From Trichosphaerium sp. ATCC 40318 (Eukaryota; Protista; Tubulinea), in contig JALMLS010000593.1 in NCBI GenBank assembly GCA_038496445.1, positions 186,001 through 250,000 of the forward strand: DNA of 64,000 bases, given 5' to 3'. A program made the translations under genes and the position numbers. Of the stretch, positions 26,299 to 37,611 are shown in pieces (position 1 is the stretch's first letter; each line of letters starts with the position of its first letter). Below the pieces are notes generated by a model. That model saw nothing but the letters and a program-made list of their open reading frames with translations. It was not told the DNA's origin and searched no databases.

Positions 26299-28901
26299 AT
26301 GTATGGATGTTTTACAGGTACCACCAGGACAAGGAAGAAGCGACATAATGTAAAAAGAGCAAATTCTGTTGAAGTAAACCGATTATTCATTCCTTAATTA
26401 TTTGTTTAATATTTTTAGCCTTCGACTACGTACAGCAAAAGAGTTACGTCTATAAAGAGCCATGGTGACTCACGTAGCGAAACGATGAAGGTAAAAAAGC
26501 TATTCGCTTTTAACAAGAGCCAAAAAGCAGACAAAAAGAAGTCGCAACCCGCAAAGGACCCTAAAATACCTCGTATTATAGACCCTGACCCTAAATCGCC
26601 ATTAAATGTACGGATTGTATACGTAAGTTTGCACAATACTGACGCTTTTTTTCGTAGGCTATACCTCACCAAGCACAAAAAGTATTCAATCACAATATTT
26701 ACGTATTTGTTTTAACAACTACTATAGATATTTCTTAGCTCCTCCGTAACGAAAGAACAAGCTGAGGAGGACTACGACGCGTTTCTAGCGTGCTTGTACA
26801 TGCTCAGCAAACGAGCGTGGACTAGGCATGCTTTTTGTTTATTGCACATAGACTACACTATCGTGGCTAACATGTTCTATAGACACCCTGTTTTAGCGAA
26901 CAGACGAAAACGCCATCGAAAGTCGCAACGCGAGAGTAGAACGCATCTTCAGCTTAGTACATCACAACACAAACTAGATTTCTCACTAAAAACGAATTTA
27001 GAACTTGACAGGCGCGACAGGCGCAACAGTGCTCCAGAGCTTCATAGCCCACGCGGCGGAAACAGAGAAAAACCAAGGGGTATTAGCGTTGCTGACAAGC
27101 CTAAAACGATAAAAATAATAACCGACACGCCTTCCGGTGACAAATCGGAAACAGACGATACAGACTCAATTGTGGAAGCTGAGAATGCCAAAGAGGCCAT
27201 AAACACTACAGAACCTGTAAAACCGTTGAATTTAGTACCTACAAGCTCTGGTAATATAGCAGATGATATTCCTCTACGTAGACAAGCAACAAGACGTGTA
27301 TTCTCACCAAAGAGTTTGAGTACGTCCCAAAAAAGCAAAAAGAAAAAAAATAGCCTCGAGACTTTGCGAGTTGTTGTGTGGTCATCGTATTAACCTTTTT
27401 TTCCTCTGCTTAGACGCACTATTCAGGGAAGAGAATCCGAAAGACCATTACACAGCTATCACCAAAATTGGAAAGGGGTACGCTTGGCCTTGGTTTATTG
27501 AAGTATTCATTCTTTTTTTTTGTAGATCTTATGGTAGTGTGTTTATTGGGCGTGTTGCTAAAGGAAAGGGTAAAAACAGGAAGAAAAAAGAGGCACGATT
27601 CCGTTTATAAAAAATTACGATCGAACACCTTCAAAAAAAACGCGTCTACGCGTGTACTTGTTTTAACGTATTTTTTTTAGCGTGTGGCTATGAAAGTAAT
27701 TAATAAGGACTTTCATTCTAATGTAGAATCCATTGCAAGTGAAATTCAACTACTCAAAAAATGCGAGCATCCAAATCTTGTTAAGTTTATTACAAGTTTC
27801 CTTTACAAGGATAAAATAACTGTACGTAGTTGGTGGAGTTTTTTTTGAAAAGAAAACTTTCTGGAAATTTTTTATGTCTTCGTTGTTGGTTGTCTTATTC
27901 GGTTATTATTATAGCTTGTTATGGAGTATTGTGATGGTGGAACACTGCAAGACCTTATTCAAGTTAATATGGAAGAAAGCCATGCTGTATACATTTTAAA
28001 AGAAGTATGTAGACATCTGTGTTTTACGCATTGTTAACATAAACTTGTTTAGCTTATTACTGGCATCAAGTACCTACATAGTATAGATACGATGCACAGG
28101 TACGTTTACAATATTGTGATATCATCTTTGTATGTAAGTATGTTTGCTTACACTGTGCTAGGGATTTAAAAAGCGAGAATGTTTTGCTTAATGTAAATGG
28201 AGATTTAAAAATTGGTACAATTTGAAATCCAAAAAAAAAATTAGTTGTGTACTTACCTTTCTGTCAAAAAAAGCCGATTTAGGATTAGCAACACCGACAG
28301 ATCCTGGGAAATTTTCTCACACGACACTCGCTGGTTCAAGAGCTTGGATGGCTCCTGAAGTCATCAAGGTAGAAGGCTACAATGAATCAGTATGTAGTAC
28401 AATGCTTTGTGTGTATATTTTGTTAACATGGCTTCTTCTAGGCCGATATTTGGAGTTTAGGTTGCATAGGCATGGAACTTGCAGATGGACATCCACCACA
28501 TCACAGCGGAACTGATTCGCTACAAAACCTCTTACTGATGGTTACTAAAGGTAACACAATATAAAGCTTGATGTTATTATTACCTTACTCTAATAATTGA
28601 ACGTTAGGCCCTCCAGAGGTTAGGAGCACTAAAATTTGCTCGCCTAACTACAAGCAATTCTTGAGAAAGTGCTTTAATATGGATAAGAAAAAGCGGCTTT
28701 CTGCCGCAGCCCTTCTTAAAGTAAGTGAGAACTTTTTTTTTTTGTTTTTTTTTGTAAGTATTTTTGTTGGTTCCTGTCATCTAATTTCTTTTGTTGTAGC
28801 TATCATTATTTAAAACAAATGTCGCAAAGAGGAATGAAATGACAGAATTACTCAAGATGGCTTTTGTTATCCGTGTAACCGAAGGACTTGATTATTTTTG
28901 A
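26299..28901 (+). CDS. STE20/PAK-family Ser/Thr kinase
   Basis: KIGKGSYGSVF, VAMK, HPNLVKF, VMEYCDGGTL, HRDLKSENVLL, ADLG, AGSRAWMAPE, DIWSLG; N-terminal segment resembles the PAK inhibitory switch. Confidence 0.88.
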
Positions 28902-29060
28902 AAAAAACAAAAAAAGAAGTTACCATTTGTGCTTGTTCTCAATAGTATGTTAGTGTCTTTACGCGTACATACTATTTTATGATCAACACAACATGGGTTG
29001 GTGTAATATAGATGGTTAAGCCAGTTTTTCGTTTTGGTTTTTTTTTGAGACTTTGTAGCA

Positions 29061-30322
29061 ATGGACCCAGTTTTCACTCAAATACCTGTTGACGGTTCGC
29101 CTGGTAGCTATTTTGATGTTATTGCTCTTGAAAGCAAGCAAAAAACAAATAAAAAGTTTGTAATTGTTCCAGGTGCCGTTCTTACGTATTGTATTCGCTT
29201 AAAAACGCGTAGGAAACCCTGGTTTGGTTGAATTTTACATAGAGTTTACACGCGAACTCTTTCAGCAGTTTAAGGGCGAGAACTCAGTTTACACACGTAC
29301 GTTGGTGTATAATAGCGCATAATCAATAGTTAATTACTGTAGTGTCACACCTTGGTCATGGTGGGGGAGAAACAAGCACTAGTTCGCGTGTATATTCACT
29401 TGAAGACCAAATAATGCATAAAGGAGCATTTCTTGAGTACTTCCACAAATTTTATTGCCCAATCAAAAGTAATCTGTACAAAGGTCATCCCACTTTGAAC
29501 CAGGGTCAGAGTTTGTTTTATTTGGTCACTCTATTGGATCCTTCATGGCTCTCAAGGTACGCTACACGCAAATCAAACATCTTCACTAAATGTTCCCCAA
29601 AGGTAATGCACAGATTCCCACACCTCAATATAAGCTATGTTGTTAACATGATGCCAACGTACGTCTTTTTTATTTGATTCTTTTGCAAGTGCACGTGTCA
29701 ATATGTCAGTCAAAAAATAGTTAATGCATGTTCTTCAGGTTTCGCGATTTGTGGCTTGGTATGAAACCTTTCATCAAGGTAGCTATATTTCCATTTGTTA
29801 GACAGACATGTGCCTTCTTATTGCATTACCTACCACCAAGTTTGGCAAAGTTTGTTGCGTACTTTGCAGGTCCACAAGAATTTGATCTTGTCGCTGTACA
29901 TCAAAAAAAAGTAGAGTAAGTTGAACAACTTGTACCTTTCTGAAGAAGTTTGTTTTTGTTTTGTCATTAACAATCTTTGTTATAGTTATTATGTGGCTTT
30001 GAATGGATTATCTATGGGATGGGAAGAGGCTGTACAGATTAAAGAAATAGATAATGAAATACAAGCTGTATTTGATAATCAAAAAGAAAAATTAGCATTC
30101 ATTTATTCACCATCTGATAACTATACTCCAAAAAGATTTATTCAACATACGCAATCCAACTTTCCATCAGAACGTGTATTCGTAACTGATGACTCAATAC
30201 CTCATGCATTCGTACTCACCCACTCAAAAGAGGTGCACTTTTTTATTTGATTTATCAACTAACTTTTGTCTAAGGTTGCTGAATACTTGCACACAATGCT
30301 TGAAAAACTATGGTCAGAATAA
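29061..30322 (+). CDS. LDAH: Lipid droplet-associated serine hydrolase (LDAH family)
   Basis: VPGNPGLVEFY..F, SHLGH, SLEDQI.HK, GHSIGS nucleophile elbow, PHAFV. Confidence 0.88.
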
Positions 30323-30562
30323 CTATGCCATTATCTAGCACGTGTTTCAGTAACCTACTGAGATTTGTACACCCAACCAAGCTTGTAAGCTTTACAATAA
30401 TAACCAACTGTACTTTGAAATGAGTAGTTTTTTTTTAGCTTGAAATCAGCAGTATGCTGTTAGTGGGCCTAAAGCCTACTGTGCCCGATATTTATTCTAA
30501 CAAAAGCAATCGCAAAACATGAATTTATTGTTGTACAAGGGGAATAACGTTGATTTTTACAT

Positions 30563-31729
30563 TCAAATGTCCATATCATCGTACCTAAAAATCAAACAAA
30601 ACTTAGTAAAAAAACAAAAAAAAGTTGTCCTACGTACACTTGATCATAATAACCGTAGTCACTATTCGTCTCCATTTCCTCATCAGAGTCGTTCTCTATC
30701 CGCCTATAAAATAGAAAGGTTAACACGTCATCAGTACACAAAAGGGCACAAACGTTAACAGATTATTATTATTATTGTGAAAGAAGAAAAGAAAGAAAAA
30801 AAAAGGAAGAAGCCATACCTTTGTGCTTTACACGTGAACAATAATATCCGTTTAAGCTTTTTTTCGTTACAAAATATGTAATTAAACGACCACAGTGTAT
30901 GTGTATTAGCTTCTGCGAAAGGATCACTATCAGGGTCTACGCGCCAAAAAAGTCAGCAAAAAAAAAGACATTCTACAAAAACGTTACTACTACAATTACG
31001 CACCACCCGTTTCTACTGAAAACACTGTAGTATGTTCTAGATCGATTTCTTGATTTATACCCTTCCAAAGTTTTCCCTGTAATTCGGAATAATCGGGTAA
31101 TGCGCCTTGTAACGTCGAGTTTATATGAGTCCTGGCCTCATACACCGTCATCTTCTTGTATTGGTCCGGTTTGACTTCACTGAGGTCGGTTAGTAAAAAA
31201 AAACATTCGTAAGAATTGTAAAGTGAATGGGGTTTTATTGGTTGTCACTCACCTAAAATCATAGTTTGGATAGCTTTGATTCAGTGTTTGTACTAGATGG
31301 ATCAATGTTGCTCGAGAAGACTATACAAATGGGTAAATAGAATTTCTACTTGGTTTGAAGCGTACTTTCTCGGTTAGAGGGCCGAATGGTGATGTTGATT
31401 GGAAGTCCGAAGGTGACCTAGCAATTTCTGTTTGATACTGTGTCTCTAGTGCTTTGTATAGCTTTTTATCAGACCCAGCACTCTTACCTGCAAACATTTA
31501 GCTGTTACAAACCGTTATTTTGTACAACCGCATGAAAAACCTCGTGCAGTGTTTTACTGTGCGTGACGCAACAGATTAAAGGTATTACATGTAATATAAA
31601 ATAGTTATAGTTAAATTAAAGCGTACACGAATAACACTCTATCTTTCCATTCACTACTACATCACCGTTCATTACTTGGTTAAAATGAGAGGATAAATAC
31701 GCAAGGTTCGGTAGGTCCAAGTACTTCAT
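30563..31729 (-). CDS. MAF1: Repressor of RNA polymerase III transcription Maf1
   Basis: MKYLD...GKIECYSCK.AGSDKKL, SPFGPL...SSR.TL..L..TLN.SYP.YDFS, DPDSDPF, LWSFNY.F.N.KKLKRI, acidic tail. Confidence 0.93.
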
Positions 31730-32049
31730 TTGGATATTTTTGTTATAAGGTATGGATGTACTATGTACTACTGTTGTTTATAGCAGTTAAAAAACTGAAT
31801 TCTTGAAATATGACTAAATTAAAAAAAAAAGTCTCAAACTCGTCAATAATAGATTATACAACTTAAACACCTTTCAAACAATCTGAACTATACGTTATCC
31901 AAAAGCAATAAATAGTACTGTACTTGTAAGTTCACTAAGAGCTGAAAAAGTCAAGTTTAGACTTTATTTTTTGTCAATTGAAGAATCGATGGCTGTTCTT
32001 CACTCTCGATTGGGTCAAGTCGATATTGATGCCCTGAGCTTTGAAAAAA

Positions 32050-34090
32050 TCAATTGTATATGTGTTTTGAATACATTGGAGAAGCTTCTGATGCATTTGG
32101 TATCATTAACGTTATTTTGTTCACGTGAGGAGGGTGTTCACTTAGTAATTGTGCTACAGGCACGTTATATCGTTTGTCGAATTGAATGTTGGGTGCATTG
32201 TAACGGATCGTTGACGCTAAAGTTTGCACGTCTCCTTTCCACCAAAACGGTACAATAATCAAAGTAACACCTATTTTTTTTTTGAAAGTATTAGACAACA
32301 TGTGTTAATAGTTCCAAGTACGTACCTGCGTCTTTGCAGAGTTGCTTCTTCTCTAGGTCCAAGTATCTTTGTAAAGACGATAAATTCCATTTGAATACAT
32401 CATGGTAGTGTTGTTCTCCTGAAGAATGATAAGAGGGTGTTATGTCAAAAATAAAAAAAACTCTAAAGAACGTACCTTGATACTCAAAAGCAAGGTTGTA
32501 TTCAGGAATGTATGCATCTAGAAGGAGTGTTCCCCTCTCTTGGATTGTAGTTCGGAATCCAAGAGTGTGTTCTTCAAGTACATCTGTATTTACAAAGAGC
32601 TCTTGCAAGCTATTTATCAGGTGCCTTATGAGAGAAGTAAGCAAATGTAACCATGGAAAACCTTTACTCATTTTCATGGGCATTAAATCGTTAAAATGTA
32701 ATTGATGTAATGTACGGAACGCTTCAAGGAATACATAGACAGTATTTTCAAATTACCTTTGCATAGAAGCTTTGCCAAAATCAGAGAAGCGATGCCAACG
32801 CCACGGAAAATAAGGTTCGATTTCTTCCAACGCATGTGGCCAAAAACTGTGCAAACGAGCAGGTCCTAACTGCGCTTGAGATACTCGATACCTTTGTAGT
32901 ATTAGTTTTTGAAGTTTTTAGATTATGATAACACTACTAACCATTGTTCTGGTCGAGTGATGTTTAATGTCCTTTTTAGTTTTTCCAAAAACTTTTTTTG
33001 ATTCTCTTTTTGCTGCCAGTAAGGAACGTTATTGTTTAGTTCTGATTCAATCCATTTAAACTGTGGATACAAACTCAAAAGAGCTTTGTAAACAGACCTT
33101 CCATACCTACACAAGAGATGGTTAACATGAGACTAAAAGAGGCAACATACTGCTGATTAATCATCCCAGATTCTGAAAGAATGTGGCTATTCACATACCA
33201 CTTATCAAGCGTTGTTACATTATGCTTATTTCCTAGTGCATTAATATATTCTCGCTGATTCTCAATATCATTCCAGTAGCCTTGAGGTACATTTCTAAGT
33301 ATTTGTAAATGAAAAAAAAAAAGAATACTGAAAAGACTGAAGTGTGATCTTACTTAAACTTCCAGGCCTGCCATTTATGGCGTGGGTATATATTAGACAC
33401 GCAAGCAAGTACTGATCCTTTATACATCTTCCTTAAATGGGATGTAAGCAAAAAAGATCAGCAAGAGAAATCGCCCTACTGCGCACATTATCAAACTACT
33501 TCCACCCTTAGCTATCATTTGACCCTGGCCGACATTACACCAGTCATCAAGCAACTTGATGTTTAACTGTTCGCCAATAGTGTCAAGCCTCATTTTTTGG
33601 TTATGCTTATTATTCCAGTGCGATCGAGGTGTGTTACTACAAGAAATGTCAATAAAATTGAGTGACACGTTGATGTTTTTTTAAAATGACGCGCCTGAAC
33701 TTCCACTTCACCCAATTTTGTTTTGGATACACTGACTCCAAGCACGATACTAAGGAACCATTGTAGTGATACCTACCGCGGAGTAAGCGAAGATTAAATT
33801 AAAATAACTTACATTAGGAATCCTGACGCGCCATACTTTGCTACGTCTACTACACGCGCATCGTACCATTGTTCAAGGGTTTTTATACAGAGTTTATGCC
33901 CAATGTTGTCAATGAGTTGACGGTGACTGCGGGCATTAACATAGTAGCTACGAGAGCGTTATTACAAGTATATAAGCGAAAACTATACCCATTTAGTTTC
34001 TTTACATGCGTATTGGTCTCTAAAGGCGTTTACAAACAATACCAACACCTTTACTGTCGTACTGTGATTTTGTTTGTGCAGGCGTCTCAT
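32050..34090 (-). CDS. Four ~76-aa tandem repeats fused to a C-terminal PD-(D/E)xK nuclease-like domain (Vsr/DUF559/RAP-like)
   Basis: Hand-spliced intact frame: repeats such as YWNDIENQREYINALG...DKWY...YGRSVYKALLSLYPQFKW, then LLLDAYIPEYNLAFEYQGEQHY...DLEKKQLCKDAGVTLIIVPFWW. Confidence 0.82.
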
Positions 34091-34199
34091 GCAGACTTGA
34101 CATCCCACAACGCCAATTGTTTTTAAAGTAAGAGCGTTACTGCGTACAAGTTTGGCTGGTTTTGCTTTAATTTAATTTGCTAAAAGTTGGACTTTTTTT

Positions 34200-34440
34200 G
34201 GGTCATAAGGACGTCAATGTCACCGGATTGGTTCGAAATCTTGGTCCCCTTTGTACGCTCTAAGGCTCACTATACCCTAGATTCGGGCACATACTATAAC
34301 TAAGGTGAAGGTTGAATACATGGCTCCTCTTTAACTTGTTTTCTCATAAAACGAATACTAATTTAACACAGGCGTCAGGTTACGGTGATTTCATCTTATA
34401 ACCAAATGGTCCACTGGAATTGTAGTTTAATTTAACGTCA
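34200..34440 (-). ncRNA. Candidate structured ncRNA of unknown class (partial RNase P/MRP-like features)
   Basis: Long-range helices GGUUAUAAG/CUUAUGACC, GACGUUAA/UUGACGUC, UCACCG/CGGUGA and inner hairpin GUAUGU..UCUAGGGU/GCCUUAGA..GCGUAC; the wobbles are G-U only on the minus strand. Confidence 0.5.
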
Positions 34441-34517
34441 CTTGGCAATACCTTGAATGTAGTCACGTGATGTTCACACGTGCTTAAATGTTTATAAAAA
34501 TGGACAAAAAAAAATGT

Positions 34518-35171
34518 CTAATCGTCGTGGATAGCTTTCTCTTTTAGTATCTCCAACTCTCCCTTCAATTGCTCCATCTTCAATCCCCTGCAATGTGTTA
34601 GTGTACAATATAAACTTATCTAATCATACCATGCTTGTTTTGTATTTTTGCGTGTCTCCTCATCCAGCCCATCAAGCAATTTCTTATACATGCCCAAGAC
34701 ATTTCTTCAATATGTCATTGAAAAAAATTATTCTCTTGTCACGTACTTTGTCTCTTCTTCTGCTCCTGCCATGTCATCATCAAAATATGAAGTTCCCCAT
34801 GACTCCATAGCATCTATCATGCTTAGATTAGTTGTGTTTAAAGGTAAAACTTGTACCTTCAATTTCCATTCGCGCTTCACCAAACTTTTCTCCAAGATCG
34901 CGCAAATCAGCTTCCATTTTATCTTGTCTTTGTCAACAGCATATAAATAATGATAACAGAACCTTTATCAACTCTAACAAGCAAAGAGCTGTGGAAGTGT
35001 CTTCTTAATACCAAAGGTTGTTGTGTTCGAACTATTGGACGTACATTACGTACATTACGCTGTTCTGCGGAGAATTAGAGTATTTTGACAGTTAACTGGC
35101 TTACTTGTTACACTAACAGCGACACGGGCGCGTACAGCGGAAACTTGTTGAGTGGTGCGAAATAAACGCAT
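34518..35171 (-). CDS. Small mitochondrial helical protein (resembles plant 'embryogenesis-like protein' family)
   Basis: Presequence MRLFRTTQQV...RRHFHSS, then KFGEARMEIEDAMESWGTSYFDDD...WGLKMEQLKGEL. Confidence 0.75.
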
Positions 35172-35359
35172 TTGGCGATGATCAATGTTGCACTAGATGT
35201 AAAGTTAACACACTATCGCGATTGTGGCATATACATACAACACTTGAGTGCTATAACGGTAAGGCGAATAAGCAGCGATTTCATAAGCCAACCAATCGTT
35301 AACTGCAAATAACACAACGGTACAGGGAGGTTCGATTCCGCGCGAAATCAAGTACAGAA

Positions 35360-36912
35360 ATGACTATTTTACATGTATTCTGCTTGTTGTGCGCAATTAC
35401 GCTTTCTTGGACATGCTCGCCTTTATACAAGAATGTACGACACTGTTCATGAGCCTTTGTTAAAAAAACCTTTCAAGACTCCCGAAGCAACTTTTATTGG
35501 ATGTACAAACGATCCCAACAAGTACACTACCTAATGCGACGTTTTCTAACGCATTTAGGTACTTGTTATCTTTGACAGACTGGCACGAGAATAAACCGAG
35601 TACGTTACATACTTGCGTACAACCTTAATTGCTACTAGTCAATCAAGTTGATGCCACATTTGATATCAATACTGGTAGTCTACATAAAACGAGTAAAGAA
35701 TCTGCTGTAGCTTGTAGTGGTAACCATATACTGATAAGCTTAATTCTTAGTCTTTTATTAGTGCTGCCTACACCTTCCGTGCATCCGTATACAATCATTG
35801 CGGAATGTACTGTCCGGGGTCTTACTTGGGTTGTAAAACGGGAACAAGGCATCATTGGACAATTCGAATACAATGACGGATCATCTACGTACAAGCTAGT
35901 TTTTGATTTTAAATCAAACGTTACATAATTGCTAGATATGACCTACGCCTCTTTGCTTATGACCCAGATCATGGTTACTTTATTGTCCAACTAGAGACGC
36001 CAACTGGTCCTGTTACTCTACGTGTACAGAGTACAACATTCAATGTTACGCACATGGACGTAACAAGCTTCAAAATCCCTGATGCTCCTTTGGTATTTCT
36101 ACAACCATATTTTGTTTGTATTTACTCATACAATTGCTTAGGTTCTAAGTGATCACTGCCAGGCATATGCTATTGCTTCAAATGGTGTGTGTACTTGGAA
36201 ATACGAGAACATTCCTTGTAGTGATTCAACAGAAACCTACGTCGTAAGAATACTTTGATTATTTTATGTTGTTGTTGTATCTTTAACGTTATGTTTAGTA
36301 CCCGGAGATAGATCTTTTAGAGGTTATAACTTCAAGAGAATATATCTGTTCGGACAAAGAGTTAGCGTACTATTACTACAACGCATCGTAAGTATAGTCA
36401 TTTGCGCTACAAACGAATACTAACAGTTGACAGCAATGGTGTCATAAAGCCAATATTTAGTGGACCATCTCCTATGACCAGTTTCGCAACGGTAGGTCAA
36501 GAACATCATTCTCTGAGGATAGAACATCCATCTACTGTCATAGTTCACTCATGGCCTCCTCTAAAAGGTTCGATTCACCTCCTACTGACGTAAAACTCAT
36601 TTTTGTTCTAACCACTTTTTTTCTTTTTAGACAGTACCTTTGATCTCACTGATCTAATGAGAAAAGAGTTACAACTAAGCTCTACGCGAATGATACTTCT
36701 CATTGCAATTATGAGTGTCTTTGGATTACTTATTATAGCTGCTGCTATTGCAGGAGTCGTATATATGGTGTACAAACACAAAAAAACTGATGAAGGATAC
36801 AGAGGAGATTCAATGTGCGTTTCTCGTTTTTGTTTTTTTTTTTTTGTTGCTCGTGTGTTAACTTTTGCCTTTTAGCCTTGCTCTTGATGGAGAAAACGTT
36901 GAACTCGAATAA
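35360..36912 (+). CDS. Type I membrane/cell-surface protein, unknown family
   Basis: Signal peptide MTILHVFCLLCAITLS, Cys-containing ectodomain over many exons, TM ILLIAIMSVFGLLIIAAAIAGVVYMVY followed by KHKK. Confidence 0.7.
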
Positions 36913-37611
36913 AAAAATTATTTGTAACTAAACACAAAACAAGTGTTGTAGATCATGGATTAAAACTTGCATGCACAACTGCTACATTGCGTAAGTTGTT
37001 TGGTAAACATACTATAGTTCCTATGTTATCCGCTAGTAGATTGTAGCGACAAAGGTAGGTTAGTAACTCTTCTGTGACTGTTCAGTTATCAGCAAGACCC
37101 AACTCACCCAACTTGTGAATTTTTTTTTGACACAATAGATCTATTTGTATTTTTGTACGAGGGACATATGGATGTCGATTCGTTGTCTAGTAATCTGACA
37201 ATTTTAACAAGTTTCGAAAAAATAAGGCCTTTTTTTTCAGTATCCATTTTTCTCCTCATACCAATAATCTCCCAACTATACCGCGTTTTTCTAATTGTAC
37301 CCAAAAAGACCTGTTCAGTATTTGTGATAACCACGTCTTACTTTAGCGTTTTTCCGTTAAAAAAGTTTAAAAGGTAAAAAATCAATTGACACTTCTGACT
37401 AAACCCAGTGTCTATGCCTGTCTATCAGATATATCATGACTGATTCGCGATCGGAGAGCAATCACTGTCTTTGTCTTTTAGCCACACTTCTCCAATTGTA
37501 CCTGCTGACTACAAGGAGAAAATAGGAGGACTACGAAAAAGCGGATGTAAATGGGGAAAACAGGAAATTGACATATTTTCAAACAAACAAAACAGATAGA
37601 CACAAGTTCGA

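Noticed and set aside
34395-34430. Resemblance to the 5' end of U3 snoRNA
   Set aside because: Box A (GGAUCA) and box A' (UACUU) do not match and boxes B/C/D cannot be placed
34648-34950. Plus-strand 100-aa ORF, and similar shadow ORFs such as 14908-15273, 27042-27338, 47691-48098 and 54741-55007
   Set aside because: Antisense shadows of real spliced genes on the other strand
35329-35339. Perfect B-box GGTTCGATTCC suggesting a tRNA
   Set aside because: No T-stem, acceptor stem or cloverleaf can be formed; at most an isolated TFIIIC site
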